A stretch of DNA of 57,180 nucleotides, taken from contig JBDRGY010000003.1 of assembly GCA_043817315.1 (NCBI GenBank), positions 1-57,180 of the forward strand, given 5' to 3'. Position numbers and translations under genes: made by a program. The DNA is from Patescibacteria group bacterium (GTDB lineage Bacteria > Patescibacteriota > Patescibacteriia > JBDRGY01). Positions within the stretch are counted from its first letter, which is position 1. Each line of letters begins with the position of its first letter. Of this stretch, positions 18,222-25,552 are shown piece by piece. The notes beneath the pieces are model-generated. The model searched no databases, was not told the origin of the DNA, and was given only the letters and a program-made list of their open reading frames with translations.

Positions 18222-18282
18222 TTCAGAAAATGGTAACTAAATATTTAGTTATCGCTTTCTGGTCTCAAAGAGATTTGAGGCT
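18222..18282 (+). promoter_or_regulatory. Island leader motif, copy 4
   Basis: Perfect 18-nt palindrome TAACTAAATATTTAGTTA (18234-18251), then tcgctt, then TCTGG within GGTCTCAAA-gaga-TTTGAGGCT (18261-18282). Confidence 0.55.
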
Positions 18283-18346
18283 TGCGTACCTTACAATGTA
18301 GCTAAGTAGGAAAACACCTATGGCGACTAGCCAGGAGGTTAGTGTT

Positions 18347-19591
18347 ATGTTTGAGCCGATCATCCGCACCCTGATGGATATTGATTTCTACAAGTTCACT
18401 ATGGGACATCTGATTTTCCTGATTCCCAGCTACCGTCGTTTGCGCGTCAAATTCGCCTTCAGGAACCGCACCCCTGGCGTGGCTCTGGCCGATATTATGT
18501 CAGAAGAGGCTTTGCGTTGGCAGCTAGATCAGGCGATGACTCTGCGCTTCAACAACTCAGACTTGCATTACCTGCGGGGAACCAACGAGTACGGTCGTCG
18601 TATGTTCGACGAACAGTATTTGGAGTTCCTGCGGGGATACAGCCTGCCTTCTTATCACCTGGAGCGATCTGGCGACACCTATGTCCTGGAGTTCGAAGGC
18701 CCCTGGGCTGAGGTGACCTACTGGGAAACCATTGCCCTGGCTATCATCAACGAGCTGTACACTCAGGCAATGATCAGCGGCTTCAGCTCCTTCGATCAGG
18801 ATGTGGTCATGGCCGAAGGCCGGATGAGGCTGGCAGACAAGATCTCCAGACTGCGAGCGGCACCTTTCGACCTGACTCTCTCTGATTTCGGGACGCGACG
18901 TCGTTGGAGCCGGTTCTGGCAAGAATATGTAGTCAGGACTCTGGCCGAAGAACTGCCCCGTCATCTGCTGGGTACTTCTAACACCTGGCTGGCCATGAAG
19001 CTCGGCTTGCTGCCGATGGGCACCTCGGCTCATGAGCTGCCCATGGCTGTATCCGGACTGTTTCATGACAGCGACGAAGGGATTCTTCATTCCCAGATGC
19101 AGGTGCTGGATGACTGGTGGGAGCTTTACGGCGAAGGCCTGTCCATTGCCTTGCCTGATACCTATGGTACGGAATCGTTTTTCCGAGCCATGGGAGAGAA
19201 AAGGGCTAGGGACTGGAAGGGTACCCGCCAGGATTCAGGCGATCCCTTCGAGATTGGAGAGATGACCATTGCCTTCTACGAGGGCCTGGGCATCGATCCC
19301 AAGGACAAGCTGCTGGTGTTCAGCGACGGACTGGATGTGGATACCATACTGGCTCTGTTCGAGCGGTTCCAGGGCCGGATTCGTCCCACCTTTGGTTGGG
19401 GCACTAACCTGACCAACGATCTGGGCATTAAGCCGCTTTCTCTGGTGATCAAGGTGGTGGAGAGTAATGGCCACGGTACGGTCAAGCTGTCTGACAACCT
19501 GGCCAAGGCCATTGGAACGTCGGATGATGTGGAGCGTTTCAAGCACATCTTCGGCTACACCAAGAACACCTACACCCCAGTTACCTACTAG
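18347..19591 (+). CDS. pncB: Nicotinate phosphoribosyltransferase
   Basis: Collinear with E. coli-type PncB: DFYKFTM, DFGTRRR, GTSN, MGTSAHE, RQDSGDP, VFSDGLD, GWGTNLT, KLSDN. Start placed at the ATG 8 nt after AGGAGG; the track start at 18320 adds 9 aa. Confidence 0.9.
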   Translation: MFEPIIRTLMDIDFYKFTMGHLIFLIPSYRRLRVKFAFRNRTPGVALADIMSEEALRWQLDQAMTLRFNNSDLHYLRGTNEYGRRMFDEQYLEFLRGYSLPSYHLERSGDTYVLEFEGPWAEVTYWETIALAIINELYTQAMISGFSSFDQDVVMAEGRMRLADKISRLRAAPFDLTLSDFGTRRRWSRFWQEYVVRTLAEELPRHLLGTSNTWLAMKLGLLPMGTSAHELPMAVSGLFHDSDEGILHSQMQVLDDWWELYGEGLSIALPDTYGTESFFRAMGEKRARDWKGTRQDSGDPFEIGEMTIAFYEGLGIDPKDKLLVFSDGLDVDTILALFERFQGRIRPTFGWGTNLTNDLGIKPLSLVIKVVESNGHGTVKLSDNLAKAIGTSDDVERFKHIFGYTKNTYTPVTY

Positions 19592-19600
19592 GCTACAACT

Positions 19601-19647
19601 GGTGGGAGAGAAACCTCGCGTTTCCCTCCCACCACAATATTTTCTTC
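19601..19647 (+). terminator. Rho-independent terminator
   Basis: GGTGGGAGAGAAAC-ctcgc-GTTTCCCTCCCACC followed by a T-rich tract. Confidence 0.6.
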
Positions 19648-19753
19648 TGACTATACCCCCTTACTTATTAAGAGGTTGCAGTGAGGAGGAAAGTAGATCA
19701 TTCACAAACGGATTCTCAGTTCAGCTGAGAATCAAAGGAAAGGAGCCAATCTG

Positions 19754-20692
19754 ATGGCTTGGTTGACTATGGACGAAATTCCCAGCTTCCTGCGGATTGA
19801 TGCGAAAAAGGAAGTCGAGATCATCGTACAGAGGATGACAGAGTTCCGAGACCGAGAACTTCTCATGACTGGCAAAGAGAAAATGGCCATTGTCTTGGGG
19901 CTTTCCGGGGGCCTGGACTCTGCCGTCGTTTGTCGTCTCTGGACGGAAGTGGTTGGCCCGGAGAACGTCTATCCGGTGATCATGCCCGGTCCTACTTCCA
20001 ATAGTGACAGCGACGATCTGGCCCGGCTACTGGCCATTAGACTGCAGACACCACAAGCAAATCGGGTCAAACTGCCGATTTCTGAGGCTGATATTACTCA
20101 CGCCCTGGGTGCGGATCTGGATTCCGAGGGTCCGGGCGGCCTGACGCGTCGCGGTAATGTGATGGCCCGGTTGAGGATGCTACGACTGAGAGATCGAGTG
20201 TCTCAGCTGGCCGAGGAGCATCCAGAAGTGATGTTCCGACTGGCCGGAACCGAGAACGCTTCGGAGCACTGGATGGCTTTCTTCACCATCTCTGGCGACC
20301 AGTCATCAGATATTGAGATACTGACCGGTTACCTGAAGACACAGGTCTGGCAGTTGGGTAAGCACTTCTGCCTTTCTCCAGAGATCCTGGATCGGGATCC
20401 TTCGCCGGAGCTGGGAGACTGCCAGACGGATGAAGAGGCCCTGCCCTCGGTTTACTGGCAGGTTGATTCGGTACTTTTCCACTTGCTGCGGATGGGAGAC
20501 GATCCGGCGGATGTACGCCGCATGCTCCGGGAAGAGAAGCTCAGGGATCTGCTGGAGCTGGTGCATTCACCTCTCCACACCTTTATCCAGTACGACACCG
20601 CTGAGCGGATCCTGCAGTGGATCATCGACCACCTGGGCAAGCTGGAGATTCCCTATGAGTTAACCGGGGATCGGTTGTACCACCAGAGTTAG
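19754..20692 (+). CDS. nadE: NH3-dependent NAD+ synthetase
   Basis: PP-loop GLSGGLDS, GNVMARLRM, GTENASE....FFT..GD...D...L.GL.K, DPSPEL. Confidence 0.75.
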   Translation: MAWLTMDEIPSFLRIDAKKEVEIIVQRMTEFRDRELLMTGKEKMAIVLGLSGGLDSAVVCRLWTEVVGPENVYPVIMPGPTSNSDSDDLARLLAIRLQTPQANRVKLPISEADITHALGADLDSEGPGGLTRRGNVMARLRMLRLRDRVSQLAEEHPEVMFRLAGTENASEHWMAFFTISGDQSSDIEILTGYLKTQVWQLGKHFCLSPEILDRDPSPELGDCQTDEEALPSVYWQVDSVLFHLLRMGDDPADVRRMLREEKLRDLLELVHSPLHTFIQYDTAERILQWIIDHLGKLEIPYELTGDRLYHQS

Positions 20693-20701
20693 GAGGTCAA
20701 G

Positions 20702-21136
20702 ATGGCACTTGATGCCAGTACTCATGTGGTCAGGCTTCTCCGCTGCTCTTTCTGCGGCAGCTATCATGGTAGTACCAAGGAAGCGGAAAGACACGGTTGC
20801 CTGGCCGGTGAACTTCCGAAGGACTTCACGGTCGGCGATCGGGTGATCGCCGACTTCACCGTCGGTGAGGGAATGTCTGCAGTTGGCCACCAGAAGGTTG
20901 TCGGAGTGATCAAGGAGATTGCCCCGCCGCACAGTGAGGAACTGAAGCCTGAGCTGACTGTACAGCGACCTCCCTGGGCACCTCCTGGTATCGGTATCCA
21001 GCCCTTTCCCATCCAGGCTCCCCTTAAGCTTCATGAGTGGGTGGCCCTGGTTGAGCCGACTGAGCAACCAGAAGAACCACGCTACATTCGGGAGGAGAGG
21101 TTTTTCTTTTCTGATCTGATACCCGCTGAGGGTTAG
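20702..21136 (+). CDS. Hypothetical protein (144 aa)
   Basis: SD aggagg, island-like G+C, N-terminal CSFCG...H..C possible metal site, no family recognised. Confidence 0.5.
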   Translation: MALDASTHVVRLLRCSFCGSYHGSTKEAERHGCLAGELPKDFTVGDRVIADFTVGEGMSAVGHQKVVGVIKEIAPPHSEELKPELTVQRPPWAPPGIGIQPFPIQAPLKLHEWVALVEPTEQPEEPRYIREERFFFSDLIPAEG

Positions 21137-21150
21137 AAGATCGTATTACA

Positions 21151-21180
21151 AGGAGCGCAAAGCAACGCGCTCCTTTTTCT
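21151..21180 (+). terminator. Rho-independent terminator
   Basis: AGGAGCGC-aaagcaac-GCGCTCCT followed by TTTTCTTTT. Confidence 0.75.
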
Positions 21181-21185
21181 TTTCC

Positions 21186-21214
21186 TTGACGGATAATTAT
21201 CATATTGATAAGGT
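21186..21214 (+). promoter_or_regulatory. Promoter with an embedded 10-bp palindrome
   Basis: TTGACG-N17-TAAGGT. The GATAATTATC palindrome sits directly after the -35. Confidence 0.5.
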
Positions 21215-21297
21215 AATAAACTGTCCTTTTAACCAGGGGCGCTGAGAGGCAGCCCCCGCTCTGGAGACGGAGCGAGTCCTTCGAGAGGAGGAGGCAG

Positions 21298-22101
21298 ATG
21301 GCAAGAACGTGTGACCTGGCACTGGCCCAGTGGCATCTTTTCGGTCGTAAGGTCGATAAACTGAGCCTCAGGGTCCATACCCTGTTGTCGCGAGTAGGAC
21401 AGCCAGGTGGACCCAAAACCGTTGAGGATATCTACGACGACGTTATCCAAGCCTGTTTTACAATCAGGCCTGATGGAACCCCGCTGGAAAGCGTGGAGCG
21501 AATTGCCACCATCTTTGTGGCAGTAGCTGAGGCCAATTCCGATTTGGCTCACCACTGGCTGAGGAAGGTGGATTCCTCTATCGCGGAAGGAGTACCCGAA
21601 GGCAAGATCAATTCCAACTACGTCTTCGGCATGCTCTTGGGTATCTTCCGGGCGGCGGCCCAAATCGACAGCAGCCGTTGTGATCTGCCGGAATTCAAGA
21701 AACAGATGCCCCATGTAGTTCTCAGTATGATTAAGGAGTGGAAGCACGGGGTACCTAGAGACGACAGATGGACCCTACGTGAATTCGGCCGCAAGTATCC
21801 TGGGCTACTTTCAGAATCGATCAAGAAGTGGGTAGGCATGGCCTGGAACAGAATGAACACCCTGAGAGTTTATCGCCAGACTGACTTGCATTTGATCATG
21901 CTGGAGCTGGACAGGTGGTTGTCCCAACGACCACATCCCAAGCTTTCTGCGTTTACCTCTCTGATTGTCAACGAGCTGACTGGAGCTCAGTTTGTGAGAG
22001 GGGATGCCCGTAATAGGGCCCTCATCTTAGCTCACTGGGAACAGAAGCAGGATGACGAAGTGAGAGCCAGAGGGGAAGTTGAGAAAGGCGAAGATTCATA
22101 G
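21298..22101 (+). CDS. Hypothetical helical protein (267 aa)
   Basis: SD gaggagg, island-like G+C, no family recognised. Confidence 0.5.
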   Translation: MARTCDLALAQWHLFGRKVDKLSLRVHTLLSRVGQPGGPKTVEDIYDDVIQACFTIRPDGTPLESVERIATIFVAVAEANSDLAHHWLRKVDSSIAEGVPEGKINSNYVFGMLLGIFRAAAQIDSSRCDLPEFKKQMPHVVLSMIKEWKHGVPRDDRWTLREFGRKYPGLLSESIKKWVGMAWNRMNTLRVYRQTDLHLIMLELDRWLSQRPHPKLSAFTSLIVNELTGAQFVRGDARNRALILAHWEQKQDDEVRARGEVEKGEDS

Positions 22102-22110
22102 TTCCTTCAG

Positions 22111-22138
22111 CGGGCAACTGGATAGTTGCCCGTTTTTT
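22111..22138 (+). terminator. Rho-independent terminator
   Basis: CGGGCAACT-ggat-AGTTGCCCG followed by TTTTTT. Confidence 0.8.
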
Positions 22139-22206
22139 ATATATAAAAAATGCCATAAAATTGGCATCTTTTTGGGCCTTGAGCCCGTCGTTCGCGAACG
22201 ACGGGC

Positions 22207-22234
22207 TTGACAAAATAAAAATATGTGCTAAGAT
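22207..22234 (+). promoter_or_regulatory. Promoter of the lipoprotein gene
   Basis: TTGACA-N16-TAAGAT. The -35 is overlapped by the perfect 24-bp palindrome GCCCGTCGTTCGCGAACGACGGGC. Confidence 0.5.
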
Positions 22235-22292
22235 GGCCTGTTCGGCAATTTGCGGAATAATAGCCTAATAACACCGAAGGAGGGTACAGACG

Positions 22293-22850
22293 ATGAAGCG
22301 AGGATTGTGGCTATTACTGCTGATCGGCCTGGTAGTCGTCTGTCTGTTCGGCTGCATGCCGGAGGTGGAACAGCCGACAGACCGGCAGACCATTGCTGCT
22401 GTCATTAGCCGACCGGATGAGTGTCTGACTGACAAGCTGACCGAGTACAAAGGTGGCGTTGTTGTCCAGATGCACAAGAAGGGCAATAAGGCCATCGTAG
22501 TGGTGGCCCCGCTGCCCCTTCCTGATCTCCAGGAAAAAGGACAGTCGGCTAAGCGTTTATTGGTCGTCAGTATTCCGTCTTGGCAGTTCGGGGACCTGAG
22601 CATCGGGTCGATCATCAAGGCCACGGGTCGCCTGAAAACTATCGACCTTCAAAGCAGGACCATGTTCTACGTCGATGCTGCAGACGTTGAGGTGATCGAC
22701 CAGATCGACATCCATATGCCTGATTTCATGGCTATCACCGATGCTCTGATGCCTGATGGCAGTGGCTCCAACGACGACGACTTCTTCCTGATGCCCTTTA
22801 TGAACTCTCTCAATCCAACCCAAGATCTCTTGGACGATGACGGTTGGTAA
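22293..22850 (+). CDS. Putative lipoprotein (185 aa)
   Basis: Signal peptide with lipobox LFGC. Last G+C-rich gene of the island. Confidence 0.55.
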   Translation: MKRGLWLLLLIGLVVVCLFGCMPEVEQPTDRQTIAAVISRPDECLTDKLTEYKGGVVVQMHKKGNKAIVVVAPLPLPDLQEKGQSAKRLLVVSIPSWQFGDLSIGSIIKATGRLKTIDLQSRTMFYVDAADVEVIDQIDIHMPDFMAITDALMPDGSGSNDDDFFLMPFMNSLNPTQDLLDDDGW

Positions 22851-22876
22851 GAGAAACTTGGCGAGTTTCGGCTCGC

Positions 22877-22911
22877 GACCATTCAGTCAAGTGACTGGGT
22901 GGTCTTTTTTT
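22877..22911 (+). terminator. Rho-independent terminator at the right edge of the island
   Basis: About 12-bp stem (GACCATTCAGTC..GACTGGGTGGTC, includes G-U pairs) followed by TTTTTTT. Confidence 0.7.
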
Positions 22912-22969
22912 GTAACAAAAAACCACCCTGATTAGGGATGATTTTTTGATAAAAGCTTTTATCAAGCAG

Positions 22970-23110
22970 CTAGAGTACCCACCAGATAACTAGACCAATA
23001 ATGACCAGAGCTATGATAATCCCCCACATCATACCGGCTGATGATTTTTTTGGTTTTTGTTCCGCTGGCTGCTCTGCTTGAGGTTGTTGCTGTGGTTGTT
23101 GTTCGTCCAT
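22970..23110 (-). CDS. Small membrane protein (46 aa), paralog of the N-terminal module of 7931..8503
   Basis: Not in the track. MDEQQPQQQPQAEQPAEQKPKKSSAGMMWGIIIALVIIGLVIWWVL. Shares a 21-nt identical DNA stretch and the first 10 nt with the 5' end of the gene at 8503. Confidence 0.45.
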   Translation of the reverse strand: MDEQQPQQQPQAEQPAEQKPKKSSAGMMWGIIIALVIIGLVIWWVL

Positions 23111-23262
23111 TTTTCCTATTTAATGTTAATTTTCAATATATTAACCTAAGTTTAGTATAGCAGATTATTGACAAATATGGAAAGGGCCACTTTTTTCCTT
23201 ATTTTCTTGATATTTTAGCCACATTATTATAAGGTAATAGGGTAATAATTAACCCCAAAAAT

Positions 23263-23598
23263 ATGTCCGAAGAATGGCCCAGATCGAATCGCCCGGATCT
23301 GAATAATCGACCCGGGGAAAGAGACAGAATTCCCAGATCAAATCGGGCGGCAGTTTGGATAATTTCTGCCGTCATTCTAATTCTCCTCTTTGTGATGTGG
23401 TGGTGGTTGTGGGGTAACGAGGAAGAAACAAACACAAATATTAACACCAATACCTCTATTATGGACGAGATTACAGAAACCAACACCAATACAGACATTG
23501 CTGAAGAAACGGTTAATGAAACTGTAGATGAAGCTGGATTTACCAATGCCCCGATTCCTGAATTGATTTTTGAAGAAACGGTTCCCCCTGGACCCTAA
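23263..23598 (+). CDS. Membrane-anchored protein with a TNTN-rich linker
   Basis: One TM helix followed by WWW and N/T/E-rich low complexity. Confidence 0.45.
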   Translation: MSEEWPRSNRPDLNNRPGERDRIPRSNRAAVWIISAVILILLFVMWWWLWGNEEETNTNINTNTSIMDEITETNTNTDIAEETVNETVDEAGFTNAPIPELIFEETVPPGP

Positions 23599-23648
23599 GC
23601 AGATATCAAAAAACCACTCTAATTAGTAAGGGTGGTTTTTTAATAGCT

Positions 23649-24035
23649 TTATTCCTTCGATAACTCCATTTCCAATTTTTGCAGCTCTTCTTTTAAGTCA
23701 GCATTTTCCGCAAATTCTAAATACTCCTTTACTAATTCAAGTGTCTTAGTCTTTCCTTCTGCATCGAGCCCGCTAAGAAATATTTCTCTTGATTTTCGGA
23801 TTTCTTCTAAAAGTTCCCGTTCCATTCGGGCGTTAATCATCTCAACCTCTTCTTGGGCGGGAGGTTCTTCTCCTCCGTATTCTGCCGCAATGTCCTGATA
23901 AATCTTTCTATTGCCTACCAGAATTTCTAATTTTTCCGTTACATCACCTTTGGCAAAAGCTGATTCGGGATTACTGGGCATGTCCTCAAGGTTAGGCAAT
24001 GCAGGGGCAGCTTCTTTGCTCATAGTATTATGCAA
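23649..24035 (-). CDS. Hypothetical acidic coiled-coil protein
   Basis: The only long ORF here; no family recognised. Confidence 0.45.
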   Translation of the reverse strand: MHNTMSKEAAPALPNLEDMPSNPESAFAKGDVTEKLEILVGNRKIYQDIAAEYGGEEPPAQEEVEMINARMERELLEEIRKSREIFLSGLDAEGKTKTLELVKEYLEFAENADLKEELQKLEMELSKE

Positions 24036-24045
24036 TTAATTATTA

Positions 24046-24267
24046 TTAAGGAGAAGGATCTCGTTTACCTTCGACGTATTTTGTAATTTCTTCTTCTACT
24101 TCATTTTCATCCCATTCGGTTAGTTCCATAATTTCTTCAATGGCACGTTTTCTCAATCTAGCAGCCACTGCCGGATCCAGTTCCTTATCGGATTGTTCGA
24201 TTATGGCCAGTCGCTCAATGACTCGGAAATCCATTTCCCCTTTTGGTTCGCTTTCTCGACTTTTCAT
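24046..24267 (-). CDS. Hypothetical acidic protein (73 aa)
   Basis: In the same operon orientation, 10 nt upstream of the next gene. Confidence 0.4.
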   Translation of the reverse strand: MKSRESEPKGEMDFRVIERLAIIEQSDKELDPAVAARLRKRAIEEIMELTEWDENEVEEEITKYVEGKRDPSP

Positions 24268-24269
24268 AA

Positions 24270-24761
24270 CTATTGACCTTTCACTTGGTTAATAAATTGA
24301 TCAGGATTTTGAGGAGTAATCACATAATGTTCTTTATTCCGAGTGGTGATTAAGACTCCATCTTGGAAATTGGTCATAGCTACCCAGGCCCTACCGATCC
24401 CCGGCAGATAATAACGACCACCAACAAAGCTGCCGCCCCATAAACGAATTCCAAAGGGAATTGAGGAACGCTTAATTTCTTCAATATCAGAAAGCTTGAC
24501 CACATTTTTATTAAAAGCACCAAAAATAGTAATCTCGCCATTTTTAACCAGATATCTCATGTGGTAAATGCGGTAGAGGACGATAATAAACCAGATTAAA
24601 ACGATGGCAAAAGCCAGGCGAAACACGTTAGCTTCAAGCGACGACATATCATCTTTGGACCAGTATGGAATACCAATTAGCATTACGGTCAAGAATATCG
24701 GTATGCTCCAATACATAGCCAGAATACCCTTTGATTTTTTGGTGGTAAATTCTTGGTTCAT
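24270..24761 (-). CDS. Membrane protein with a bacterial PH (YdbT-like) domain
   Basis: Start moved to MNQEF, since the track start overlaps the upstream gene by 150 nt. Two TM helices followed by a beta-rich domain. Confidence 0.5.
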   Translation of the reverse strand: MNQEFTTKKSKGILAMYWSIPIFLTVMLIGIPYWSKDDMSSLEANVFRLAFAIVLIWFIIVLYRIYHMRYLVKNGEITIFGAFNKNVVKLSDIEEIKRSSIPFGIRLWGGSFVGGRYYLPGIGRAWVAMTNFQDGVLITTRNKEHYVITPQNPDQFINQVKGQ

Positions 24762-24768
24762 GCAGTTA

Positions 24769-25548
24769 TTATAACTCTTTTTTAATAATCTGATAAAATC
24801 TATCCTTGGCCCCCTTTTCCCGCCAGGGATCATGTCCGCATTTGGCCAGCAAAATGAATTTGAAATCATGAACAACAGAAGACAGGGGAGTTTTGACTCC
24901 CTCGGCTGGTCTGGGGTCATAATCACCGTGGATGGCTACAACTGGACATTGAATGTTTTCACCCAGGGCTACAAGCTCACCGCTGCGCCTTAAGGCTTCT
25001 GCTTCTGCCCAAACTTGTTTATAGATTTCATATTGAACTTTTGGCTTTTCATGGTTATCGGGTAAGGGGTTTAAAAGATCAACCCGGGAAATCATCTGGC
25101 CCAGTTCGGAAAAAGTTCTATCTTTATGGGCATTATCAGGATCGTTTAAGCTAAAGAGTAATTGATCGATCTTGTTTCTATCTTCTTCAGTCAGCCGGCT
25201 TAAACGGGTTGGCATAATATCTGCTGCATAACTATCTTTAAAAACAGCACTGCTGACTAAAATCAGTTTTTTTACCAAATTAGGATAATTAGCAGTAAGG
25301 ACAAAACTTAAGATCGCTCCCCAGGAAAAACCGATTAAGGTTATCGGTGCTTGCCCCTGCTTTACAATTACTTCTACTAATTCGTCCACCTGATCAGCAA
25401 TGGTGTTCTTGGTTTGTAGCGGTTCCAGAACGCCATGGTCTTTTGCCAACTCTTCGGCAACTGGTTTCATTTCGCCGGGTGCTCCTGGACCGCCATGAAT
25501 GACAGCGACACGATAGGGGGGTTGGCCGTGTTTTCTTAGATTATCCAT
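24769..25548 (-). CDS. Alpha/beta hydrolase
   Basis: HGGPG oxyanion motif and nucleophile elbow GFSWG. Start moved to MDNLRK, 4 nt after the upstream stop. Confidence 0.75.
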   Translation of the reverse strand: MDNLRKHGQPPYRVAVIHGGPGAPGEMKPVAEELAKDHGVLEPLQTKNTIADQVDELVEVIVKQGQAPITLIGFSWGAILSFVLTANYPNLVKKLILVSSAVFKDSYAADIMPTRLSRLTEEDRNKIDQLLFSLNDPDNAHKDRTFSELGQMISRVDLLNPLPDNHEKPKVQYEIYKQVWAEAEALRRSGELVALGENIQCPVVAIHGDYDPRPAEGVKTPLSSVVHDFKFILLAKCGHDPWREKGAKDRFYQIIKKEL

Positions 25549-25552
25549 ATAA

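Larger units (their letters stand above)
9400..22911. other. Compositionally foreign G+C-rich island (NAD/SLOG/TerY-P-like gene set)
   Basis: Coding lines counted by hand gave about 60% G+C, against about 28-43% in flanking genes. Intergenic regions inside the island remain AT-rich. No integrase was seen. Confidence 0.6.

Noticed and set aside
14559-18251. Treating the TAACTAA/TTAGTTA palindromes simply as NrtR operators
   Set aside because: Their orientation (AC...GT) is opposite to the GT-N7-AC core. The arm spacing varies (2, 4, 4 and 6 nt), and two copies contain T:G positions that pair only as RNA. The DNA-operator idea is kept as an alternative to test, not as the call.
10484-21860. 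Many 60-180-aa antisense or off-frame ORFs in the G+C-rich island (for example 11059..11577, 12421..12843, 12874..13305, 14873..15277, 15335..15703, 17383..17691, 18557..19090, 20660..21067, 21229..21747)
   Set aside because: High G+C suppresses stop codons in non-coding frames. Each of these overlaps a gene with clear family motifs and a strong SD, and their sequences are Arg/Pro/Gly-rich.
9400-22911. Interpretation of the G+C-rich island as a prophage or integrative conjugative element
   Set aside because: No capsid, tail, terminase, replication, conjugation or integrase genes are recognisable in it, and no tRNA-type att repeats were seen at its edges. Only the gene-fragment duplication at 8456/23039 brackets it.
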